Source: a virus
Virus record (IMG/VR): IMGVR_UViG_3300033146_001635
Coordinates: 1-64,000 of that record
Strand: one strand, 5' to 3'
Length of the DNA: 64,000 nt
Below are positions 38,960 through 48,876 of this stretch, piece by piece. The stretch's first letter is position 1. Each line of letters starts with the position of its first letter. Made by a program: the position numbers and the translations under genes. The notes under the pieces are model-generated. The model was not told the origin of the DNA, ran no database searches, and worked only from the letters and a program-made list of their open reading frames with translations.

Positions 38960-40915
38960 TTATTTGATATAGAAATTCAATTCAATCTTTTCAGTTACCC
39001 GAGTCGGGGTTAATGTAACATTGACATGAAAAGTTTTTGTTTTCTTTTCATAATCACTTGCACCAACTTCAATTGAATAACTATATAATCCACGTCTAGA
39101 TGAAACATCTTCCAGAAAACTGGTAATATCATTACCAACACTATCCCAAGTTGTATTATCATTTAATTCAAAAATATAAAAACGACAATATCTTTCAAGA
39201 GCTTCCTTACAATATAATACAAGACGAACAATATTCAGATCTTGCATTGCACTTGGTTTAGCTTGGGTTGTTAGTTGCCCCCAAACAGCATAACCAATAT
39301 TAAATTTAACAATTGGATTTAACTGTCTAAGATACATTTGATCTCTTTGTTCAAGACGAGGATTAAATCTCAATTCTTGAATAGAATCAATAACACCTCT
39401 TTGGAATCCAGCAATAGCATACCAGACTTCTGATACATTATCATTTCTCGGAGCTAAATATGACATATGATACAGAGGGGATACCCAAATATCTGCGCCC
39501 GTAAATGCATCAAAAATCTTATTATATCCTTCATATAAAGCACATAAATAAGTATTGAAATTATGATCAGAATTTCTTTTGGCCATAGCTGTATTGAAAT
39601 CAGTATTATCACCATTGTCTAATAAGGCAACACAATCACGACGAGTATTAACTAATTGAGAAATGGATTGTTTTACTGATGTTGGATAACCAGCATCAAA
39701 AACAATAGTATAATACATTTTTTCTCTATCAAGTATTTCCTCATCTAAAATACCAGCATATCCTTGTGCTAATAAAGTTTCGCACATAGGCATATTAACA
39801 TTATGGTTTATATCATATATAGAACCATCTGAACCTTTTCTAAGAGCGATTTCACCACCGATAAAAGGTTCTGTTAAATCTGATAAATCTTTACGAATAT
39901 AATATTCAACACTATAATCAGTATCGTCAAAAATAGCTGTATCACCAATCCATTCTTGACTAGCGGTTGATAAATCTCTATCATTAAAAATATTTACAGT
40001 TTCATTGTCAACACCAGAAGAAGCACCTAACCACCCATATAATCTATTACCACGTTGGTCAATTGCAACAATAGCATATGTCGAAAGCCCAGTTTCAGCT
40101 TGATTAGCCCATTCACTAAAATCTTGTTTAAGATCTGTAATAGAAGCTAATCCTGGTGTTCTTTCTGTAGTGCTTGTACCAATTCTATTATCATAATTTT
40201 TAACGCATAACTGATACCCCGGTGAATATTCACCATTTGGAAGCATACATTCCGCTCTTAATAAACTTGAATATTTTTCAAGAATATCAGTAATAAAAAT
40301 AGAATCACCAGATGAATCTCTGGCTTCTGGGTTAAATGAAACAGAAAATGATTCAACAATTACTTCATCCCCATCAGCTTGTTTTTCATATATATCTATA
40401 ATATATACACCTTCAAACATTGGATTGGCATGTCTAGTTAATCGAACTGAAACTAGATTATAATAATCACCACGACCAATTGGGTGTAAAATACAAATTG
40501 GATATGTATCACCAACTTGTACTAAATTTGATTGAATTTCTGCTTGTGTTGAAATACCACTAATATAAGTAGTTAAAATATCAGCTGTAGAATCTGTACC
40601 ATTCCAAACAGCATCAATCCTTAAATTAGAGAATGTTGCATCATCTGGCATAACACGCATAAACCATAATGAACCAGATTCACCAAGATAGTTATAAGCA
40701 TTATATAAACCTTGCCCATAATGTTTCCCAAAAGTGGTTATATTAGGTTCACCCCATTCACTAATTAATTCATTTCGTGACCCAACAAAAATAGCCTCGT
40801 TATCACGACCTTTTTTTGTTAGAGCACACATAAAACCTGTTGTAGCAGGAACTGCTGAAACGTATGTAGAAAGATCAATTATCTTCGTATATACGCCCGG
40901 TGAAATATGAGCCAT
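38960..40915 (-). CDS. Contractile tail sheath protein
   Basis: ISPGVYTKIIDLS, WYAIAGFQRG, LNPIV, WGQLT, LNIVRL, FELND..TW, IELNF. Confidence 0.93.
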   Translation of the reverse strand: MAHISPGVYTKIIDLSTYVSAVPATTGFMCALTKKGRDNEAIFVGSRNELISEWGEPNITTFGKHYGQGLYNAYNYLGESGSLWFMRVMPDDATFSNLRIDAVWNGTDSTADILTTYISGISTQAEIQSNLVQVGDTYPICILHPIGRGDYYNLVSVRLTRHANPMFEGVYIIDIYEKQADGDEVIVESFSVSFNPEARDSSGDSIFITDILEKYSSLLRAECMLPNGEYSPGYQLCVKNYDNRIGTSTTERTPGLASITDLKQDFSEWANQAETGLSTYAIVAIDQRGNRLYGWLGASSGVDNETVNIFNDRDLSTASQEWIGDTAIFDDTDYSVEYYIRKDLSDLTEPFIGGEIALRKGSDGSIYDINHNVNMPMCETLLAQGYAGILDEEILDREKMYYTIVFDAGYPTSVKQSISQLVNTRRDCVALLDNGDNTDFNTAMAKRNSDHNFNTYLCALYEGYNKIFDAFTGADIWVSPLYHMSYLAPRNDNVSEVWYAIAGFQRGVIDSIQELRFNPRLEQRDQMYLRQLNPIVKFNIGYAVWGQLTTQAKPSAMQDLNIVRLVLYCKEALERYCRFYIFELNDNTTWDSVGNDITSFLEDVSSRRGLYSYSIEVGASDYEKKTKTFHVNVTLTPTRVTEKIELNFYIK

Positions 40916-40970
40916 TTCTGACCTCCATTAAATATAAAAACAAAAATTATCTTTTCTATGTATAAAAATT

Positions 40971-41633
40971 TTAGAAAAATATATACCAAATAAACAATAA
41001 TTGGCGTGTATCTACTTTAACAACGGTGGGAAATGTTATACGAGAAAACATATGGAAAGGGCCGGTATGATTAGGTACAGGGCCATCAACAGCCGTAAAT
41101 AACGCTGCTTCTGAAATCTGACTTCCATTTGCATCTCCAAGAGAGACTCTTGATACAGTTTTAACAATTAACCACGAATTGTTGTTATAACCATCTTGTT
41201 CAAATTCAATACTTTCAATAGGTTTTTTAAAATAAAATCCATCATGAAAATCACCACATGTAGAATCAATAGCACTAATGGGTAATTCATTATATAAATC
41301 AATATCCGTAGCCACAGGTGATGACGGATTAAAAGGATCACCTACATTAACACCACCTGAGCCGATACCAAACCATGATATATATTCAGCTGGATCTGTT
41401 AATACTTGGGTATTCTTTAAATTAAACATTCTCTGGGCAATTAATTCACGCCCCTGATAAACAACTAGATTGTGTTTACCTAATAATTTTTCATTACCAT
41501 TTTCATCTATTTCGAAAATTTCAACCCATCCTTGGGGTCTTCTCGCACCAGATACCTTATTAGAAAATGCATCGACTAAACAATTATCACCATAAAAATC
41601 TTTGGCAACAATGTTATTTTTTAAATTTTTCAT
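40971..41633 (-). CDS. Baseplate/tail-fibre attachment protein
   Basis: HNLVVYQGRE, FGIGSGG, DANG.QISEAALF, FSRITFP.V.K....L.F.W. Confidence 0.65.
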   Translation of the reverse strand: MKNLKNNIVAKDFYGDNCLVDAFSNKVSGARRPQGWVEIFEIDENGNEKLLGKHNLVVYQGRELIAQRMFNLKNTQVLTDPAEYISWFGIGSGGVNVGDPFNPSSPVATDIDLYNELPISAIDSTCGDFHDGFYFKKPIESIEFEQDGYNNNSWLIVKTVSRVSLGDANGSQISEAALFTAVDGPVPNHTGPFHMFSRITFPTVVKVDTRQLLFIWYIFF

Positions 41634-41672
41634 ATATTTCCGATACCTTTAGTAAAAATACAAAATAATATT

Positions 41673-41686
41673 CATTTATATGTTCT
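41673..41686 (-). promoter_or_regulatory. Late-type promoter AGAACA-TATAAA-TG
   Basis: Upstream of the 41633-sheath-tube operon. Confidence 0.7.
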
Positions 41687-41722
41687 CATTTTTTTTAAAA
41701 ATTTGTAGTTTATATAATCAAT

Positions 41723-43528
41723 TTAATTATCAATAATTTGTATCATACAAATATCATTGGAATATTGTGTATCAAAACAACCACCTTCATCAAAATTAGC
41801 AAACCCACCTGATTGAGCTGCAAAAAATTCGTTTGGTAAATTAGTAATCACAGATTCAACATATGCTTCTGGTGGTAAAAAACCTTTTCGACATGTTAAA
41901 GGATCATATACATTATCTGTAAGATACATTTGAAATGCATCTGGTCTAACATCACATGCGCCCCCAATATCATAAAAAGATCCACAATCATATGTATCTC
42001 TTGCATAATAAAAATTATCACTTTCATCACATGTTGAATCTATACAACATGGTTTACTATTACAAGTATCCCAATCTAATACACATTCTTCAACTGAATC
42101 TATACCAAAATCTTCTACTATAATTGATTCTTTGTTTCTATCATCAACAACATATGCAATATCATATGAAAGTAATCTAGCATGATATGGTTTAAAAAAA
42201 TTAATCAAATCACCCAATTGATTCATTAATTCGGTTTTGCCAAACAACAAATATCCAATATTCGGCACACCTATTGAAACATAACTCGCTACCCATTTCA
42301 TCAAATCAGCTAAAATATCACCGATTAAAACAACTGGATCTTGTACCGAATATACTTTATTTAAATCATCATATAAATTTGGATTAATAGCTTGTAAAAC
42401 TTCGCCAGCTGAATTGGCATCAATTAAGAAATTATCCAATCTTAATCGATTAAACATATCATAAAAATAAGATTGATTTTCTAAAATGTCCTGTCTTGTA
42501 TGTGGAATATCATTTAGATATTTATTAAATTCATCAACAATATTTAAATAATCTGCATTAGTGCCATCATAACAAGTAAAATATTTACCATGATCTCCCA
42601 ATAAAACAGATGTATCATAAATATCATTACTTGGATGTTTAATCGTTATTTCTTCACCATAATATTTATAATAAATATAAACAGCTGAAATATATGTTTC
42701 AAGAACTGACGCTGATGTAGTTACTGCATTAATATAAATTTCTTTATCAGGAATATTAGATATTGGATCACGCCTCCAATATGCATATTGATCCTGAATA
42801 CGACGAGATAAAAATTGAATAAATTTAATATAATCATTTAAATTAATATAATGCCGTAATGAAAAATAAGGACTTTTGGTTGGTAAATGTAATCGAGAAT
42901 TATTCTGCCCAAAAACAATAGATTCTTCAGATGTTAAATAATGTGGATCCCACCCAGTTGCTTCTTCATATTTTAAAATATCTGGTCTCGTACTATACCA
43001 TTTACCCAAATGAGATGCAGATAATGAATGAAATTCAATTTTTTGAGAAGATATTCTTCTAAAAGTCATATATTCCAATAATTCTATGTTTTGGAATCCA
43101 TAATATCTTAAAACATTTAAAAGAGTTCTAGGAGACCCTTTTTTCATATATAAATTAACTAAATCATAATAAAAATTAGCTTTATTATAATTTACTCGGC
43201 TTCCATAAACACCTAATAATGGTGAAAATTCAAAACCACGGCTTCTAAATAATTCATCTAAATGTGCATCTGGTAATCCATATACATCTGATATATTTTT
43301 TTGAACTGATGTTAATGTTTTTAAAGATGAATACCAATCTATAAAAAATTTACGTAATCTCAAATATTCATCATCTGAAAAACATAATTGGTCAATAGTA
43401 GATATGAATAAATCATTTGTTTTTGATAAATCAGATTTCGCTATAGCTTGTGTTGTATCATTTAAATCAGAGGAATCACCTGATTTAATATATTTAAAAA
43501 CTTTCCAAAAATCTAAAATTTTCCACAT
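41723..43528 (-). CDS. Baseplate wedge protein (gp7/P2-I-like)
   Basis: LVNLYMKKGS...L..YG and INFFKPYHARL motifs; Cys/Asp-rich tail. Confidence 0.6.
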   Translation of the reverse strand: MWKILDFWKVFKYIKSGDSSDLNDTTQAIAKSDLSKTNDLFISTIDQLCFSDDEYLRLRKFFIDWYSSLKTLTSVQKNISDVYGLPDAHLDELFRSRGFEFSPLLGVYGSRVNYNKANFYYDLVNLYMKKGSPRTLLNVLRYYGFQNIELLEYMTFRRISSQKIEFHSLSASHLGKWYSTRPDILKYEEATGWDPHYLTSEESIVFGQNNSRLHLPTKSPYFSLRHYINLNDYIKFIQFLSRRIQDQYAYWRRDPISNIPDKEIYINAVTTSASVLETYISAVYIYYKYYGEEITIKHPSNDIYDTSVLLGDHGKYFTCYDGTNADYLNIVDEFNKYLNDIPHTRQDILENQSYFYDMFNRLRLDNFLIDANSAGEVLQAINPNLYDDLNKVYSVQDPVVLIGDILADLMKWVASYVSIGVPNIGYLLFGKTELMNQLGDLINFFKPYHARLLSYDIAYVVDDRNKESIIVEDFGIDSVEECVLDWDTCNSKPCCIDSTCDESDNFYYARDTYDCGSFYDIGGACDVRPDAFQMYLTDNVYDPLTCRKGFLPPEAYVESVITNLPNEFFAAQSGGFANFDEGGCFDTQYSNDICMIQIIDN

Positions 43529-43547
43529 AATATATTATTATCCCCAT

Positions 43548-44306
43548 TTAAAGTTCTACATAATCAGGGCCGATTTCTACCATATATTGAAAAACATTAT
43601 CAATAACATATATCTCATATAAATACTCAAATAGATATGTACCTATTGGGCCATCTTCCCAAGTATAAAATGAATAATCTAAATTAATTTTTAAATTTAA
43701 ATATATAAAAATAAGTTTTGATAATGATGTTACTAAATTAGAAAAATCAACTGTTAATATCCAATCTTTAGAACCAGGTAATTGAAATAAATTAGGAGGT
43801 TGATTAGAAACTTGTTGTAAAATCTGTACAGATGTTGAATCACATCTATAAATATTTAATGCATCCAACAAAACAAAATCATCATGTTGTAATTGAAAAA
43901 AATTGGCTGCATTGGTAGAATCATCACAACATAAAGTTTCATCATGACTAATAGTATTTATATAATCAGATGATGTTGCATCACATTGTTGATATAATAA
44001 ATTAAAATTTGTAGAATCACAACATGGTAAAAAATATTTACTATGGGGATAAATTAATAGCCTATCTCTAATAGAAGTAGGCCATGAACCCCAATCTTTT
44101 ATATCTTTATAACAATGAGTATAATTTGGAAAATTCCAATCATCATCAAATAATAATCTTATAAAACTTCTACATTCAAAAAAATGGTCATGATATATAT
44201 CACCGGGAATTGGAACTTCATACCTATCCAACTGATTTGATTTCAAATATTTTGCAAAATATTGTTGCAAATCTGGAAATAATTGTGCGGATGCTGGATA
44301 TGACAT
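43548..44306 (-). CDS. Putative structural protein with repeated C-D-S/A-T motifs
   Basis: CCDSTN, QCDATS, CCDDSTN, RCDSTS. Confidence 0.55.
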   Translation of the reverse strand: MSYPASAQLFPDLQQYFAKYLKSNQLDRYEVPIPGDIYHDHFFECRSFIRLLFDDDWNFPNYTHCYKDIKDWGSWPTSIRDRLLIYPHSKYFLPCCDSTNFNLLYQQCDATSSDYINTISHDETLCCDDSTNAANFFQLQHDDFVLLDALNIYRCDSTSVQILQQVSNQPPNLFQLPGSKDWILTVDFSNLVTSLSKLIFIYLNLKINLDYSFYTWEDGPIGTYLFEYLYEIYVIDNVFQYMVEIGPDYVEL

Positions 44307-44665
44307 TATTTTTTATTCTCTTTTCTAGGTAAACATTCTACAACATATTGTGCGCCTTCTGATGATATATTTTCTTGCCCAGGTTGAACATTTAAATATT
44401 CTTCCTGTTTTCTGCCCATACCATCAAAGAAATAAATATCAATAGGAAATTTCATACCAACTGTATGAAATGACATTTCCATTCACGACGGATATGCAAA
44501 TATATAAGCTGTATCATATGGAATTGAATCATATTTTAATAAACCTTCGTCAAAATCTTCTAACTCGATAATTTCTATATTATCAAATTGTTCAAGAAAT
44601 TTATCAAAATCTGATACATTTTGTATATGTTTTATATAAGCTTCGAATAAAGAAGTTCGTTTCAT
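44306..44665 (-). pseudogene. DUF192-like gene interrupted by an in-frame TGA (44483-44485)
   Basis: GLLKYDSIPYDTAYIFAYPS*MEMSFHTVGMKFPIDIYFFDGMG...NVQPG...AQYVVEC reads as one domain across the stop. Confidence 0.65.
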
Positions 44666-44666
44666 A

Positions 44667-45539
44667 TTATCCTCTTTTTATTTTCATAATTTTCTCATCT
44701 ATCTTCTTTTTAAAAGTATTTGGATCTGTTGTTTTTGTAGCCATTGATTTTGCTCTATTTAATTGACTTATTTGAGCCTGTTTAGCTTTGTTCACATCCC
44801 CTGTTTTGTTTTTCCACATTTTATAAGCTGCATAAGCTAAAGCTGATGCCGCAGCAACACCTAATCCTATTTTTAAATTTTGCCCATGATTATGCATAAA
44901 AAAATCTTTAAAATTATGCATTGCTGTTTGAAATCCACCACTATCAGCTTTGGGATTTTGTTTTGGTTCATCATCTAATTTACTCATATCAATTCTGGTT
45001 ATATTATCAGGTCTGGCTGCATCTTTCATAATTTTTTCATATTCATCTCGTGTTACCGGTGTACCATCTGGGTGTCTAGGAATATTATGTGAACCTTTTT
45101 GTGGTGTAAAATATGTTTCCCTATTTTTTGGTGTAAAATATGTTTCTTTTTTTGCAGGTGTAAAATATGTATTTCTATTTTTTGGTGTAAAATATGTTTC
45201 TTTTTTTGCAGGTGTAAAATATGTATTTCTATTTTTTGGTGTAAAAAAAGTTTCACGTTCATATAAATATTTTTTATAACTATTACTATCAGATTCTATT
45301 ATAAAATTTAAATTTTCTTGCATATAATCAGAATATTTAGATATTAAACATTCGACATACAATTGCTTGTTTTTAATTTGTTCTGGAATTGCTTTACCAG
45401 TCATATATAATGATATAACATCACCATCTGACATTTCTAACATAATTTTGTTTATAAGTGTATCATTTAATTTTTCTTTTAAAATATTACATAAATTCAA
45501 TCTCAATTCTGATATAAAATACATAGATATGGTATCCAT
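44667..45539 (-). CDS. Propeptide-TM paralog with 9-aa tandem repeats
   Basis: N-domain SDGDVISLYMTGK as in 35837/37004; repeats (E/N)TYFTP(KNR/AKK); TM GLGVAAASALAYAAYK. Confidence 0.75.
   Translation of the reverse strand: MDTISMYFISELRLNLCNILKEKLNDTLINKIMLEMSDGDVISLYMTGKAIPEQIKNKQLYVECLISKYSDYMQENLNFIIESDSNSYKKYLYERETFFTPKNRNTYFTPAKKETYFTPKNRNTYFTPAKKETYFTPKNRETYFTPQKGSHNIPRHPDGTPVTRDEYEKIMKDAARPDNITRIDMSKLDDEPKQNPKADSGGFQTAMHNFKDFFMHNHGQNLKIGLGVAAASALAYAAYKMWKNKTGDVNKAKQAQISQLNRAKSMATKTTDPNTFKKKIDEKIMKIKRG
45103..45257 (-). repeat. Six 27-bp tandem repeats with 54-bp alternation
   Basis: ggtgtaaaa at 45103, 45130, 45157, 45184, 45211 and 45238. Confidence 0.92.
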
Positions 45540-45555
45540 AATAAAATCCTTATAT

Positions 45556-46251
45556 TTAAATTGCCAAAACTTTTGTAATTTCTTCTATAGATTTACAATA
45601 TGCTGCTATAAGAGCAGCTTCATTAATTGGATCTAAAAAATATTCCAGCTCATTTGAATTATCAATAAAAAACGGTTCTGCAATAACACAAGGAGCCTTT
45701 GTATATTTTAGTAAATATCCACCTCTATCTTCAACAGTCAACGGAACAATACCTCTATCCCTAGATTCAATTGAATCTGGTTTAATTGATAAAAGATTTT
45801 TTTGAAGTATTGTTGCCATTGTTAAACCCAACCACGATTTATAATAATATAAAACCTCGCACCCTTTAGCTTTGGTATTAAAAGCATTACAATGTAAACT
45901 AATAATAAAATCTGGATTCAATTCATTAATATCATTTGGCAATGATTTATATGTCCGACGATAAATTCTTTGAATTATAATATCACTATCATAAAATCTT
46001 TTTTCTATTCCCAAAGCAATTTTTTCATTAAATTCGAATTCATATATGTCATGATCTATATTATATGCACCGGGTGATGTTTTTTTATGACCAATTACCA
46101 AAGCGCAAGTTATCAATTCTTTATCTGTTTGATTTTTTGAATCGACCATTTTTTTCATTTCCTCTTGTATAGCAACTGTTTTTATTTTTTCTTGCCACCA
46201 CAATGATGTAAAATTATTAAAAAGTGTTTTAATAAAACTAAACATATTCAA
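45556..46251 (-). CDS. N-acetylmuramoyl-L-alanine amidase (Amidase_3) endolysin
   Basis: VIGH...GA...YEFEFN, FIISLHCNA...GCEVLY, CVIAEPFFIDN. Confidence 0.88.
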   Translation of the reverse strand: MNMFSFIKTLFNNFTSLWWQEKIKTVAIQEEMKKMVDSKNQTDKELITCALVIGHKKTSPGAYNIDHDIYEFEFNEKIALGIEKRFYDSDIIIQRIYRRTYKSLPNDINELNPDFIISLHCNAFNTKAKGCEVLYYYKSWLGLTMATILQKNLLSIKPDSIESRDRGIVPLTVEDRGGYLLKYTKAPCVIAEPFFIDNSNELEYFLDPINEAALIAAYCKSIEEITKVLAI

Positions 46252-46285
46252 CGTACCTCGATTAATTTAATAAATTATATTACTT

Positions 46286-46299
46286 CAATAATATGTTCC
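46286..46299 (-). promoter_or_regulatory. Late-type promoter GGAACA-TATTAT-TG
   Basis: Upstream of the amidase. Confidence 0.65.
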
Positions 46300-46303
46300 C
46301 ATA

Positions 46304-46334
46304 TTTATAATAAAATACGAAGATTATATATATT
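46304..46334 (+). promoter_or_regulatory. Putative early promoter TTTATAATAAAAT..TTATATATATT
   Basis: Bipartite match with 61057-61087. Confidence 0.6.
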
Positions 46335-46380
46335 ATATATTAGAATAAAATAACTTTTAATTTTACACAGGAGGAATGAA

Positions 46381-47034
46381 ATGGAAAAAAAACAAGAAGA
46401 AGAAAAACCGTTTTTTACACATGATTGTAAAAAATGTATCTTTCTTGGAAATTTAATTCATAAAGACAAATATAGAAATTTAAATGAGGCTCAGTTTGAT
46501 TTATATTTTTGCCCATCAAATCATAGAAATAGTTTGGGTAATACCCTAATTGCTAGATATGATAATGATGGCCCAGAATATATGTCAGGATTTGAATTTG
46601 CATTATCTGGTGTGAATCCAATTTTAATAGAAGCTTTTAATAGAGCTTCAAAAAGAAATTTATTAAATAAACCAATAATATATGTAAATCCTGTATTATT
46701 GAATTTATATTTAGATGATTTAGCAAATGATTCAATTAAACAAAAAATACCAACTGTGAAACAAGCAATTCTAAAATATTACAAATATATATATAATATA
46801 TTCTATCCTGATTTATGGGATAGAATTGATAATTTAATTGGATGCCCTGTGGGAGAAATTGAAGTTGTAACAAAATTTAATAATTTTATAAAAAATACAT
46901 ATCAAGATATTACATCATCTACAGATATTATTATGTCTTTAATAAATTATGGAATGAAACAATCAACTGATACTACAGAATTAAAAAATAATGAAATTCA
47001 GTTGGCTTTATTTACATTGAAACAAAAAGAATAA
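46381..47034 (+). CDS. Hypothetical phage protein
   Basis: HDCKKCIFLG..DLYFC..IARY..DGPEY.SG; RBS ggagg. Confidence 0.7.
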   Translation: MEKKQEEEKPFFTHDCKKCIFLGNLIHKDKYRNLNEAQFDLYFCPSNHRNSLGNTLIARYDNDGPEYMSGFEFALSGVNPILIEAFNRASKRNLLNKPIIYVNPVLLNLYLDDLANDSIKQKIPTVKQAILKYYKYIYNIFYPDLWDRIDNLIGCPVGEIEVVTKFNNFIKNTYQDITSSTDIIMSLINYGMKQSTDTTELKNNEIQLALFTLKQKE

Positions 47035-47047
47035 TTTCATCATCGTC

Positions 47048-47545
47048 ATGAATATTTTAGAAGATTATGAAATTATATCAGAAGTAGAATTACAATATTT
47101 TTTAAAAGATTATAGTGCTGTAATTAAACTAGTTAAACCAGTTGCTATAAAACAAAATATAAAATATTTTTCTACTAATGATATTAAAACAATCCAAAAT
47201 AAAATTGAAGGGAGTGTTAAACCACCTCTTATTAATAAAGAGGATCTTAAAAATATATATCGGGAATTAGCAAAACCACAATACAACTTCAAGTTTAAAA
47301 ATTTTAATTTAAAAAAAGTACGTCGAAAAGCAATTCAATATTTAAATAAAAGAACAAATATAAAAAGAAAAAATGAAGGAATTATACGAACATTTGTTAT
47401 TAATAGAATTCGTCATAAGTATACAAATTATGATGAATTAGTAACTCTTATATCAAAAAATAATAATATTAATGCTATTTTAAAAAATGAAATGATAAAA
47501 ATTTTAAAAAAAAGAATCAATACATATATAACAAGGCAATTATAA
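47048..47545 (+). CDS. Hypothetical basic protein
   Basis: 165 aa; INRIRHKYTNYDEL. Confidence 0.6.
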   Translation: MNILEDYEIISEVELQYFLKDYSAVIKLVKPVAIKQNIKYFSTNDIKTIQNKIEGSVKPPLINKEDLKNIYRELAKPQYNFKFKNFNLKKVRRKAIQYLNKRTNIKRKNEGIIRTFVINRIRHKYTNYDELVTLISKNNNINAILKNEMIKILKKRINTYITRQL

Positions 47546-47595
47546 AAATTTCCTCTCTATATTACATTGAAAAAAATATAGAGAGGAAATTTTTT
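47544..47595. terminator. Bidirectional terminator between convergent genes
   Basis: aaaaatttcctctctatatt/aatatagagaggaaattttt. Confidence 0.8.
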
Positions 47596-48384
47596 TCAAC
47601 TTAATCCAAATAAAGCAATTGTATTAAAAGACATATGTAATAAAACGGCAACAACATAACCAAGAAACGAATGATCGATTTTAATAAATTCAGTTTGTAT
47701 TTTTGCCAAACCCATATGAAGTATAACCCAAATTATTCGAGCAATTAATAAACAAACTGTTAAATTACCATGAATAACCCAATTCATTATATAATAAAAA
47801 AATTCAGCAGATGCAAATATAAATGTATATGTCAAACCAGCTTTAATATTGGATTCTAAAAACCAATGTTTAGCATATTCTTCTATTATGGGACCTATTA
47901 ATAACACAGCTATATATGTAGCCAAAGGAGGATTTTTGGTTAAAATTGTTATCACTACAAAAGCTAAAGTATTTAAATAAAATATTAAAACGAATACTGC
48001 AATTGATGCACCAAAAGTATCTGCAAATGTATTAAATGATTCACCAACAGCATCATCTAAATTTTTAAAAATTTTATTTTTAATATTTTCAGAAAATTTT
48101 GATGGTGGTATTTTTTGTTTATACGCTTTTTTTAAATCAATTGATATAGTTTTACCAATTTTTTTAGCTTGTAAAGAAATCCTATTTATATTAATATTAT
48201 TCTTTTTTAAATAAGATTTTATAAGATTATTATATTGTTTATATTCTGTAATTGCTTTTTTAACATTAATTTCTTTAATTATTTTTTTTATTTTATCTGG
48301 TAATTCAATTGAATCTTCTATTTTATTTAAAAAATCAAACTCTAATAAATCTATTTCATTTTTATTAATAAATATAAAACTCAT
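47596..48384 (-). CDS. PrsW/CPBP-like intramembrane metalloprotease with soluble N-terminal extension
   Basis: Several TM helices with GPIIEEYAK, F..AEF, LHMG, LLHMSFN. Confidence 0.7.
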   Translation of the reverse strand: MSFIFINKNEIDLLEFDFLNKIEDSIELPDKIKKIIKEINVKKAITEYKQYNNLIKSYLKKNNININRISLQAKKIGKTISIDLKKAYKQKIPPSKFSENIKNKIFKNLDDAVGESFNTFADTFGASIAVFVLIFYLNTLAFVVITILTKNPPLATYIAVLLIGPIIEEYAKHWFLESNIKAGLTYTFIFASAEFFYYIMNWVIHGNLTVCLLIARIIWVILHMGLAKIQTEFIKIDHSFLGYVVAVLLHMSFNTIALFGLS

Positions 48385-48391
48385 TATTAAT

Positions 48392-48862
48392 CTACCTTAT
48401 ATATAACTTTTTTAAAATTTGAATTTTTTCATTATTATTTTTAATATTTTCTTTTAAATCATTAATTTTTTTATCAATTTGTTTTGTATTTTTACCTTTT
48501 TTTTGATATTCCTTTTTTATTTGTAAAAGTATTTTTATTTTTTTATTAGTAAAATCAATTTTGCTTTGTAAAATACATATATCTCTATCATTTGATATAG
48601 TAAAAATACCACATTTTTTCTGGTGTTCACTAAATGCTGCTAAAGCTATCCTCCAAGCAACCCATATATAAGGTTGAAAAATAAAAAAACCTAATATATT
48701 ACCCGCCACACCTGCCTCTTGAATATATTTATCAAGATTTAGTCTCTTACATAACAAATCTATTTTAGAATCAGGTAAATTTTTAATTAATTCTGGTTTA
48801 ATTTTTTTTGAATATGATTCACATAAATTTATTAAAATAAATCTTTTTCTATCAATATCCAT
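48392..48862 (-). CDS. Short member of the propeptide-TM-Cys family
   Basis: YIQE site, TM, AFSEHQKKC...RDICI, Lys-rich helices. Confidence 0.6.
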   Translation of the reverse strand: MDIDRKRFILINLCESYSKKIKPELIKNLPDSKIDLLCKRLNLDKYIQEAGVAGNILGFFIFQPYIWVAWRIALAAFSEHQKKCGIFTISNDRDICILQSKIDFTNKKIKILLQIKKEYQKKGKNTKQIDKKINDLKENIKNNNEKIQILKKLYIR

Positions 48863-48876
48863 TTTATAAAATTCCC

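Noticed and set aside
44483-44485. Genome-wide stop-codon reassignment
   Set aside because: TGA, TAG and TAA all terminate genes at sensible boundaries and long ORFs are intact in the standard code; only this one internal TGA was seen.
45103-45257. Possible CRISPR array
   Set aside because: Units are contiguous 27-bp in-frame coding repeats with no unique spacers, and no cas genes are present.
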